This document shows, piece after piece, positions 53,832 to 64,000 of a DNA stretch of 64,000 nt. Made by a program: the position numbers and the translations under genes. The notes under the pieces are model-generated. The model saw only the letters and a program-made list of their open reading frames with translations, searched no databases and was not told the DNA's origin. The stretch is from Octopus vulgaris. Its lineage: Eukaryota. The stretch spans positions 7,688,001 through 7,752,000 of the forward strand of contig OX597841.1 of NCBI GenBank assembly GCA_951406725.2. The letters are read 5' to 3'. Each line of letters starts with the position of its first letter. Position 1 is the first letter of the stretch.

Positions 53832-55129
53832 TAAATTTGAAGTCTGATCTCCTTGTTTGGATGTGTGTGAATGAGGGGGAATGATTTTGTGGTTAAGAAG
53901 CTCGCTCTGCTGCAAACTACGTGCTTCTGGGTTCAATCCCATTAACTGGCATCTTGGGGAAGCGTTGTGCAACATTGGTGGTGAGCTTGTCAGAGAAATT
54001 GGACACAATTCTCTGGAAACTGTGGAGAAGCCCGTCGGAAGAAATGTACCTGTAAAACAAAGACAAAGCTTGTTTCACCTGCATACTGTCTTTCTGCATG
54101 AAAATAGAAGCTATGGAATACTCGACCACTCTCGGGTAGAGGGAGATGGAATATTGTTCAGATGCAATAACCAGTTCAGCCGTTCCATCATAGAGGGATG
54201 GATGAATGTTATAAATCACTTTGGGGGGCTAAAATATTGCTTGGGAGGCTGTTTCTCAATCATTTTTTTTTTACCTAGGGACTCTTTTGATTGCTATCTT
54301 TCTCTGGTCGACCCTTTTAGCCATCCGATGTTTAAAAAATCATATTATATATTTATTATTAGATATTATCAGGAATTGCTTTAAAAAAGATTGTGGAAGC
54401 AAAACCAATTTGTTGCCTGTAAATTTTTAACAACAAAATCTTTTGTGGCCCCTACAGGGAATCCATATGGACCCTGGTTGCAAACCACTGCTGTGAGGGA
54501 AGTATAGGGCTAAAGGTGGAAGGGACACAACTGAATTACCACCCCTGATATATGAATGTGAGATAACAGATGGGTTTCTATTTAAAAGTGTCGTTTTGTC
54601 GGTGGCCGATTGAGAAGCCTGGCAATAAGATGGCTGCTGCTTCTGTTAGCTGAGCAGGATGAAAACCTCTTGAAAGATCTCATTACGAATAAGATATCAT
54701 ATATATTTATATAGGCACAGGCATGGCTGTGTGGTAAGAACCTTGCTTCCCAACCACATGGTTCCAGGTTCAGGCCCACTGCATAGCACCTTGGGCAAGT
54801 GTCTTTTACTATAGCCTCAGGTCGACCAAGGCTTTGTGAGTGGATTTTGGCAGATGGAAACTGAAAGAAGCCCATCATATATATGTGTGTATGTCTGTGT
54901 TTGTTCCCACCACCACTGCTTGACAACTGATGTTGGTGTGTTTACATCCCCATGACTTAGCAGTTTGACAAAAGAGACCAATAGAATAAGTACCAAAGCT
55001 TAAAAAATTAGCACTTGACTGAAAATCCAAGGTGGTGCCCCAGCCTGGCCCCAGCTTAATGACTGAAACAAGTAAAAGATAAAAGATATATGAGGGCGCA
55101 TGGCCTAATGGTGAGGGTGTTGCACTCGT

Positions 55130-55870
55130 GCCGGGGTCTGCCCGGAGTTGGCCCTGAATGAGGACTTTTGCTACTATTCATAGAAAAGGTGCCAGGGAGA
55201 AATTCTAAGAGCGAAGGCCAAGGAGAATCGCAAAGAAGTTCCTGAACAAGTTGAAGTATCCGAGTGAACGGGGACAATTTGGCTCTTCTCAGCTGAAAAG
55301 AACTTCTACCAGGAGAGGTTGCATGACACCCAGAAACAGCAGGGTTGTTGCCTACAAACAATTTCATGAAAACCAAGTTCCCCTAAACTGTGATGGGCTC
55401 TGGGTGTATCTCCAGTTAGGGTGAGATGTCCTGCATCTTTGGAAAGGGTTTAAAGGCTCAATTTAGATAGCAATGTAAACATACTGGAGACGATTGTCAA
55501 AGCCTGGCAGGAGAGGCTTGGTACTGGAAGGCCATGTGTGTGTGGCAGAAGGATTTGGCTCTTTGCCATCCCCCTGGAAACAGTCAGAAGTAGTTATCAG
55601 AGAAATTTTATGACTTGTCCAGCCCCAGTTTTTGGCCCCGCCTAATTAATTGTAATCCCATGGGTTACTATGTGTGGGGCACGGTCGAGAAAGACACCAG
55701 CAGCTCTTCCTGTAGCACCTTGGCCAACATAGTAAGGAACGAATGTGCCAGGTTCCAGAGCCATCTTGAGGCCGTGATGGAAGCTGAGTGAAGCTACTCT
55801 GAAGAAGCTGTTATCACCCAACCATAACCTAGTTGATAGTTGGCCAGTTTTGTTTTCAAAATGCTTTTAT
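55130..55870 (+). mobile_element. Tc1/mariner-superfamily (maT-like) transposase fragment
   Basis: Remnants MKTKFP, WQKDLALCH (WQQDxAPxH) and FWP..CNPMGYYVWGTVEKDT. Confidence 0.7.
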
Positions 55871-56016
55871 TTTTCACTGGGATCTTGTGTTTTCTTGCCC
55901 TTCCATGCAAACGTCCTCTATATATATATGTGTGTGGATGTATGTATATTTATATATATATATGCTGTGTGTATATTACTCTATATGTTCCTGTTTTTTG
56001 TTTTTTCTTTAACCAG

Positions 56017-56124
56017 AGTGGAGATGAAGATGTTAGCCATTTTGACAGTAAATTCACCAGACAGACCCCTGTCGATTCCCCTGATGACACCATTCTTAGT
56101 GACAGTGCTAACGAGTTATTTCTG
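56017..56124 (+). CDS. RPS6KB: p70 S6 kinase exon with turn motif (SGDEDVSHFDSKFTRQTPVDSPDDTILSDSANELFL)
   Basis: aaccag acceptor, 108 nt, donor gttagt. FDSKFTRQTPVDSPDD is diagnostic of S6K (turn-motif Ser). Confidence 0.96.
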
Positions 56125-56169
56125 GTTAGTATGTCCATGCATGCCACCCTATCTACACGTCTGTCTGTC

Positions 56170-56280
56170 TGTCTCCATCTCTCTGCCATTCTCTTTGCCT
56201 CCCTCTGTCTCCATCTCTCTGCCATTCTCTTTGCCTCCCTCTGTCTCCATCTCTCTGCCATTCTCTTTGCCTCCCTCTGC
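56170..56280. repeat. 36-bp tandem repeat x3, just downstream of the S6K turn-motif exon
   Basis: tctccatctctctgccattctctttgcctccctctg repeated three times. Confidence 0.85.
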
Positions 56281-56807
56281 AAGGATTTCTCTGCCAGGCT
56301 ATCTTCCTGTCTCTCTGTTTGTCTATCCTTCTTTCTCAATCTGCTTATCTGTCTGTCTGTTTGTCTTTGTCTTCCTTCCTCCACCCCCTTCATCCTTCCC
56401 TTCCTTCCTTATTTGGTTGAAGTATTCTTAGATTTTCGGCAACAACCTCCAAGGGTTTACCTTATTGTTGTTTGCTTTTACATGACCAGTTCCAAACCTC
56501 ATCCACACACCTCAACTAACAGCAAACTGGACGTTTTACACTTTCTGCCTCTTATCGTTAGCAACCATATATTCTATGCAAACCACACTACAACCTAAGA
56601 ACCAAGATTTTTCTGAAATCTTAATTATTTCACTTTTGGTAGTTTTCAAAGAATCAGGTAATTTCCGGTTGATAATATTTTCCTTAGTTCCTTGGCAGTG
56701 TCCCTAAGAGCCATTTATTTGTACTTCAGACGACTCGGGGCTTTCCTGGTATTTGGCCAGAGTGTTTCAGAGGAATGTTTCTTAATCTTAGGTCATTAAT
56801 ATTATTA

Positions 56808-57540
56808 AGGTGGTGAGCTGGCAGAATCGTTAGTACGCTTGACGAAATGCCTAGTGGTATTTCAACCACCCCTACATTCTGAGTTCAAATTCCGCTGAGA
56901 TCAACTTTGCCTTTCATCTTTTCGGGATTGGTAAATTAAGTAGCAGTTGCATACTGGGGTCAATCTAATTAACTGGCCCCTCCCCACAAATTTCAGGCCT
57001 TGAGCCTATAATAGAAAGGATTATTATTTTTATTATTATTATCATTATTATTAAGGTAGCAAGCTGGCAGAATTGTTAGTGTGCTGGGCGAAATGCTTAG
57101 CAGTATTTTGCTTGTCCCTACATTCTGAGTTCAAATTCTGCCGTGGTTGACTTTGCCTTTCATCCTTTCAATTAAATAAGTACCAGTTATGCACTGGGAT
57201 CAATACAATCGACTTAATCCCTTCCCTCAAATTTGAGGCCTTGTGCTTCCAGTGGAAAGGATAATAATAATAATAATAATGATAATAATAATCATAATTA
57301 TAATTATTATTGTTATTATTATTATGGAAGCAGGGAGATGGCAGAGTAGTTAGTGTGCTGGACAAAATGCTTAGCAGTGTTTCTCCTGGCGCTAGGTTCT
57401 GAGTTCAAATCCTGCCGAGGTTAACTTTACCTTTCATCCTTTTGGGGTTGATAAAATAAGTACCAGTTGAACACTGGGGCCAATAAAATCAATTCAGCCT
57501 TTCCAACAAGACTGCTGCCCTTGTGGCAAAATCTGGAACC
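56808..57540 (+). mobile_element. Three tandem copies of a third SINE family separated by (ATT)n/(AAT)n
   Basis: GGTGGTGAGCTGGCAGAATCGTTAG...GAGTTCAAATTC...GCCTTTCATCCTTT.GGGGT.GATAAA..AAGTACCAG at about 56808, 57054 and 57335. Other copies at about 6690-6815, 7473-7580, 11725-11925, 32620-32825 and 40185-40328(-). Confidence 0.85.
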
Positions 57541-57976
57541 ATTTTTATTATTATTATTGGTATTAAATAATGGTCGGTGTTGATGTTGTTGACATTGTCT
57601 CTCAAAGCGAAGAGACTGACCCATTTAAGGCTGGTCTTAAACCGTGGCTTTCTGTGGGAGGAACTAGGGTGTTGGTGGCCGTAGTGTATACAATATAGGG
57701 AGAGAGAGAGGGTGGGGTGAGTTGGAAATGAATGAGTGGAAGACAGGATGGTCACAGTTGGAACATTTATGATCATAGATTTGCTGGAGTTAAACAACAA
57801 GGAAGGATACATTAAATGATGTTCTCCTAGATACACTATGTCTGAATAAACCTAAATATACATTTCAGTTTTTATGCGAGGAAAAAGGTTTTAGGGCGGG
57901 GAAGAAGGGTTTGGTCTCTGATTGTTCTTCAAGTTGTTAAATAATTTTCTTCTTTTTTCTTCTGAACTGTTTCCAG

Positions 57977-58071
57977 GGTTTCACATATGTGGCGCCATCT
58001 GTCTTCACTGAATTACTCAAATCAAAGTCTCCACGTCGTCAACTGATGGCTGGTTTCCGTGGACCAACAAG
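57977..58071 (+). CDS. RPS6KB: p70 S6 kinase exon with hydrophobic motif (GFTYVAPSVFTELLKSKSPRRQLMAGFRGPT + AG)
   Basis: ttccag acceptor, 95 nt, donor gtaaag (phase 2). FL|GFTYVAP is the mTORC1 hydrophobic motif, followed by the SPRR autoinhibitory motif. Confidence 0.95.
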
Positions 58072-58445
58072 GTAAAGCTAAATCCACCACCGTGTATATA
58101 ACTTGTGTATATCTCAGTTTCTCCCTTCAAATATTCATTTATTTATACACACATGTATGTTTGTATGTATATGTATATATATATTTATATATATATACAT
58201 ATAAACATAGAGAGAGAGATACATATGTATAGGAGAATAATGTTATAACTTCGTTTTATAACTTTGTTAAACCGAAGAATAAAAATAAAAGTATATATGT
58301 TTACACATACACACTCATATATATGTATAGATATGTACAAATACATGCAGATATACATACATATATGTATAAGATATATACACATGCATATATATATACA
58401 CACACACTCACACACACATATATACATATACATACAGACATTTAC

Positions 58446-59600
58446 AGGATAGAAAAGCAAAACTTGGAAAAGCCAAAAAGAATTTGGAAATGTTTATTTG
58501 TAGATGGAAGGGTCAACATTAAGCAAGATTATTTATCCTTAAGTTATTGCTGCCAATAATAGAGAGTCTGCTCTAATGTGACCCCCAATATTGTCTGTCA
58601 CCAATTGGATATGGCATCTGAAGTTTGGGCAATTTGGCCCATTCTTTCTTCAAAACCTGCGTGAGGTGTTCAGTGCTAAGATGACAAACTCTGTTGGTAG
58701 ACTGCTCTAAAGTGCCTCAACTAGAATAGTCCAGTGGATTCGAGTCGGGGCTGGAGAAGGGCTACGAATCAGCAAAATTGTCCCTTCGTTGCTTTTGTAC
58801 TTCCTTTGCTGTATGAGCAGGTGTTCCATCCTGAATCTACATATAATTACGTTTAGGGTAATTAGCTAATTAGGCTAAAGCAGGACATGCTATCTTCACG
58901 CTTTGTAATAGACATCAGCACCGATTCTCTCAGGAGAATGTAAAAAATGTTGGGCCATTGTTTTTCTTTTGTCATCTGATGCCACAACTGCCTCCCCCGA
59001 GCAGGATGCTTTGCTCTGTAGACACCCTTCACTTGAGATAGTGATTCAACAATAAACCAATCGTTTCGTCTGTTCACAACAGAATCCACAGTGAAGATTT
59101 TCTCGTCAGAAACTATTTTCCACAGTGGATCCTGACCTCTTCAGGAAGGCACAACACTTTTTTGCTCTCTCAAGCTTCCTGACTTTCATTGAATCGGTCA
59201 GGGGGTGTCTTGGAGTTGGCACAAAATGTTGCAGGATTCAATCACAGTGAACAGTATTTCTAACAGTCTTGGTATCAATTTTCATTTCAGTTGTCAGTTT
59301 TGTCAGAGATGTCGTTGGATCCTTTGAAATTTTAGATTTGAGGGCCTTCAGGTATGCTGGATCTCACTTGTTATTGGTTGCTTCAGTTTCTTCTGAATAC
59401 CTCTGGTGTTATCCAAATAGTTCTTGATGTCGTAAACTGTGCTTAACGACACATTAACCAACTCAGAAATTTGCTTGATGGTCATCTCCTGCCCAGAGCA
59501 AATCAGCAATGCATTGTCTCTTTGCTCATTGAGATGACAACAGAGTTGGACTTGCACATGAGAAACCAATTGAAGTTGTTACTACGAGATTTAATACTGA
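58446..59600 (-). mobile_element. Tc1/mariner-superfamily (maT-like) transposase remnant
   Basis: Minus-strand remnants SDEKIFTVDSVVNRRND, QDGTPAHTAK and NPLDYSS, with an HTH-like region near 59350-59570. Confidence 0.78.
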
Positions 59601-59719
59601 AGATAAGATTATAAAATTTGTTAGAGTGAGAAGCTCTGGATCTCAGCTATTGACTCTCCCTCCCTCCCTCTCTCTCTATATATATATATGTGTATGTGTA
59701 TATAGTTATATGTTATTCA

Positions 59720-60720
59720 ATTAAAGGTTACAACTCATGTATTAAAGTGCTACAAATAGTTTCCTGTTGAGAAAACTGAAACATAATCTTTGGGTGCAAA
59801 CCACGTATCATAACAAACTAAAGAAATTGAATAATAGAAGAAATGCGAAAAAAACTGAGAAGACAGCATGAAGAAAATGTCGAGAGAAAGAAGAGAAAAT
59901 GGAAAACTAAAATGTCAAAAATAAAAAGTAAAAAGGTAAAAGAGTTATCCTCCTAAGACCTTAAATGATAAGGCTGGAAAGACATCAAGTCGGTCAGGGG
60001 TAGGTGGAATTTTCCAATTTTTCAAAATATATTTATACATATGCACGCAACCACTGAAAATTTCTGACCTGGAGTTCAATAGAGAGTTAGGGATCTCTGA
60101 TCTGAACAGGATCTGCGCTCTTTCAGCCAAAGTCTATATTTATTCGATCTGTTCACATAAGATATGGATTTTTCAATTACCTTCCATTTAATCCCATGTG
60201 GCGTTTCGTTATCTTTCAAACTCCATACGTAACTAGCCAACTTAGTAGCTTTACTTTCGTCCCTCTGTTGGAAGGAGCTGATGTGATTAGCAGAGCGATT
60301 TTTCAATTCACCTTCACATAATCCAATATAGGTCTTCCTATCGCTTGTATTATGATTTCGGATTGTAGTGACTTCTGCCTATTCCTGACTGACTTCATAT
60401 CTTTTCAGCCTTATCATTTAAGCTCTAAGGTGGAGAGCTCTTTTACCTTTTCTGACCTTTTTACACTCTAGTTTCTGTTTTCCACTTTCCATTTTCTGTT
60501 TTTTGCTTTCCATTGTTTACTGTCTGCATTTTCTGCACGCTGCCTTAGTTTTTTTCGAGTTCCTTTAATTATTCAATTTCTTTAGTAATGATAATTAGTT
60601 TGTGCCTGAGGAATATTTTGGAGTTTTCTCAACACATGAAACTATTAGCAGCACTTAAAGACATGTATTGTGTCCTTTAAGTAAATAGTATTCATCTCTC
60701 ACCAGATGGAGTACTTTTTG
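59720..60720 (-). mobile_element. Penelope-like retroelement remnant: GIY-YIG 3' end with inverted pLTRs
   Basis: Minus strand encodes YIGLCEGELKNRSANHISSF..KATKLASYVWSLKD..IKWKVIEK..LLNSRSEIFSGCVH. Flanks 59720-59995 and 60385-60690 are inverted. Decayed hammerheads at 59747-59797 (-) and 60602-60654 (+). Confidence 0.8.
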
Positions 60721-60938
60721 TTGAATTTTCTATCATGGAACAGTACATTATATATACATATATATATATGTGTGTGTGTGTGTGTGTATATAACCTTCTG
60801 TCTGTATTTATTCATGTGTATATATACATATTTCTTTTCTATATAATCATTTGTGTGTGTGTGTATGTATGTATATATATATTTTATCTGTATATATATA
60901 TTTATGCGTATATATGTATTCTGTATTTATTTGTGCAG

Positions 60939-61146
60939 TCCATCAACCATGGCCCCTTTGATGGATGGATGCCTAGCAGGACATAGCTCAATGCGAGATG
61001 ACCCAGAAGCAATGGACACATCTTCTGTTGCCCTCACTCTACCAAAACGGTCTCGATCACCAGCGATAGCAGCCAGCAGCAGGGTAGACAACCCATGCCC
61101 TCCACTCGACAGTCGAGGCCCTCGTCCCAATTACCGGCGGCACTGA
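60939..61146 (+). CDS. RPS6KB: p70 S6 kinase terminal coding exon (SPSTMAPLMDG...PEAMDTSS...PNYRRH*)
   Basis: ttgtgcag acceptor. AG+T completes a Ser (giving SP), matching the phase-2 donor upstream. 68 further codons run to TGA at 61144-61146; MDTS recalls the S6K tail. Sequence is divergent, so confidence is lower. Confidence 0.78.
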
Positions 61147-61829
61147 CATTCATTCAATATAGGAAACACTTTTACTACAAACTCGTTGTTGTTGTTCTTC
61201 TTTTTCTCTCTTGCCTTTTTTTTGTTTTTTGTTTAATTCGATTCCTCTGACTCTTGAGATTTTTATTCATTTATATATACACCCACACGCACACATATGT
61301 ATATATGCATGCGTATGTATGCATTCTCTCTCTCTCTCTCTGTATATATATATATGTATGTGTGTGTGTGTGTGTGTGTGTATCTATGTATATATGTAGT
61401 GAGTGGAGGAACATGGCTCAGTGGGTAAGGTATTCAGTTAATGATCAGAAGCTCATGAGTTCAATCTTCACTGGCACGTCCTTGAGCAAGACACTTTATT
61501 TCACATTGGCAAAAATGAGTTGTACTCGCAATTCAAAATGGCCAGCCTTGTCACATTCTGTGTCACTCTGAACTTTGCTGATAACTGTGTTAAGAGTAAA
61601 CATGTCAGTGGTGCACTCAGCCACTTGCAAACACCTACAATAAGCCTAAAATGTGGTTGTCAGTGAATGTTGGGGGTGAGAACATAGATTGTTCAAGTGA
61701 AACATTAATCATTAGCTAGTTTTATGCGTCAGTCAGAAGAATGTGGTTGTTTTACTCGTAAGGTAAGGAATAAAGTATAATGAGTTATTGGTGATTGAGA
61801 TGGAACACAACTGACTGTTTGTAAAACTA

Positions 61830-62330
61830 TGAACATAAAACAGGTATGTATATATGGGTTAAGGAACAATGTTTCTTCCATTGAGAAGCACTTAGGGAAA
61901 TGCCACACTCAAGACATCCAGGTTTCCATTGAAATTACAGAAAGAAACATTGGGAACCCGAGAATAAAAGAAGCTATTTTAATTAACAAGTACAACCCTC
62001 ATATTGGTTTCAAATTTTGGCACAAGGCCAGCAATTTCTGAGGAGGTCATTAGTCAATTACATCGACCCCAAAGATTTACCAAAGAATTTTGTAAATTCA
62101 ACTACTTTTTACGCATACATACACACACACATATATAATTATATATAAATGCTTTAAATATTCCTTTTAATGCCAAAACAATTCAAGTTAATAGATTAAG
62201 AATACATCTTTTCTCTGTAAATTCCCTGAAGAAGGGCTCCCAACAATGAAACATTGAAATGCCAGGTAATAATGCTAGCAGTCGACCTGTATCGTTTGAT
62301 TTTTTAAGAACATTTCACTGTTTTAGCTTT
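61830..62330 (+). mobile_element. Probable decayed Penelope-like 3' fragment
   Basis: RIKEAILINKYNP resembles a GIY-YIG C-terminal motif; a CTGAAGA...GAAA remnant lies at about 62226-62252. Confidence 0.45.
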
Positions 62331-62689
62331 TAAAGAATACTCAAAACATATCACACAATGCTTCATATTATATCTATTGCTGCTCCCTTGAGAGAGATAT
62401 GATATGACATGATGGATTTCCCCGTTGGCTTTCACATATGAGTATCCAACAACCTACATTTTCTTTGTCAGTCATAATACTTATGTCAAATGTCACATTT
62501 GTGCCCCACCAAAGAATTGCAAAAAAGTTTGCGGATGTGGCAAATACTAAGATTATGGGTCAGTGCAGGCAGGATATTTGCAGCCACTTTTCTCCTTTGC
62601 CTTGCATTCCTTCGTCTGTTTTATGCTCGTTGAAGCAAAGTCTCTTATACAATTTTCACATGACAATCTCCATTTCTTTTTTACTCTAA

Positions 62690-63000
62690 AGCTGTGTCCT
62701 CAAAGGCGTTGTGAGTTATCTCCACAACTGAGAAGTTACTCTTCAGCTTCTCCTTATATCTGAGCCATGGTCGACCAACATTCTGTGCCACTATCTCAGC
62801 TGGCTGTAAATGAAAACCTTGGGTATTCTTTCGTCATTCATTTTGAGGATATGCCCAGCCCAGCACAATTGCGAATGCTTAAGGAAGCTCTCGATTCTAC
62901 CAATCTTACACTTGCTAAACAAATCAACATTATATATCTCTATACATCTGCCAACACCTTACAAGCAACAACATGCCAATTCAAACCGAACATATTTAGT
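62690..63000 (-). mobile_element. RTE-like LINE C-terminal fragment
   Basis: Minus strand QLCWAGHILKMNDERIPKVFIYSQLR..GRP. Confidence 0.7.
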
Positions 63001-63587
63001 GAGGTATCTTCTTTAAAACAAGACACCTGATAAGATGCATCTGCGCCAGGGGATGCAACACAACCGGTTGTAAAGTATGTTACTTCTGTGGTGATTCAGG
63101 TCAGAGTCTATAGTCTGAGGGAAAGAAGAAAAGGGGAAAAAATGATCCACAGCAACCATTAACACCACTGCAACCACAATAACAACAGACACCACAAGAA
63201 GGGCAGCAACAGAGACAATTGGACATAAGAACATTCACAAAAACCACAACAGCCCGGCAGCAGCTGCAGCTACAACATCGACTTGAATGGAAACAACTGC
63301 AGAATGTCAGGCAGAATGCACAGCAGCAGCAGCAACAGGGAACCCCCCCCACCCCCACCCAAAATAATGACAACACTGTTAACAGCGCCAACAGTAAAAC
63401 AAATACCTGCAGAAGAAATACCCGTCCCCTATTCAGCTAAGGAAAATGAGAGAAATAAGGAGGGACAGGCATGTGAAAGAGTCACAGGGAAAGGAAGGAA
63501 AAGACGGAAGAGCACAAACGATAACCAGAAAAGAAAAACGTCCAAGAAAATGGAGGAGGGAAGGTGCAGTAAGAATAGCACACCATG

Positions 63588-63634
<47 letters not shown>

Positions 63635-64000
63635 GCAACAATAACATCATCCCCACCACTACCACCACCACATCTACAACCATCGCAAACACAACATAGC
63701 CTCCATACACAACAGACGCACTTCACTCCACCAAATGACCATAAACCAGACATTATGAATCTCATGGCTATAAGTACAAAAAGTAATGAATTAATAGAAC
63801 ACATCCAATTATGTCAGACACGCTTGGAGGACTTCCTTGGGATTTCTCGCCCCTTAGAGTTAGTGGGCAACTGGTATGCCGAGGTGCAACATGGCCCTAA
63901 AACTACAATTTGGTGTTTGATGGGTTGGGATGAGTGCTTGTTACACGATTCCAAGCAGATTTGTGCGGAATTTCAGCGGCACTTTGCTGAACTATACGAG

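Noticed and set aside
55840-56598. 252-aa ORF as a single-exon gene
   Set aside because: Only 56017-56124 is S6K. The rest is intronic read-through over a 36-bp repeat and pyrimidine tracts.

Overview
Repeat-saturated, AT-rich eukaryotic DNA. The SINE families and microsatellite load look like an octopus (coleoid cephalopod) genome; that assignment is an inference. Almost all supplied ORFs are translations of (TA)n, (CA)n, (TAGA)n, (TACA)n or trinucleotide repeats. The one host gene I can support is the 3' half of a p70 ribosomal protein S6 kinase (RPS6KB) on the + strand: seven GT-AG exons at 35482-61146 that splice in frame to 219 aa. Its 5' exons are not visible, and a 100-N scaffold gap lies at 32202-32301. 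The rest is tRNA-derived SINEs (at least three families), three non-autonomous Helitrons, four decayed Tc1/mariner transposases, MITEs, RTE and restriction-like-endonuclease LINE fragments, and Penelope-like (GIY-YIG) remnants. The most striking signal is about 15 type I hammerhead-ribozyme motifs (CTGAnGA..stem II..GAAA..stem III..TH). They sit in short, often (TA)n-flanked, fold-back or inverted elements, including a tRNA-headed SINE-like element that carries a hammerhead, and several lie in S6K introns in sense orientation. All folds were worked out by eye and ribozyme activity is untested.
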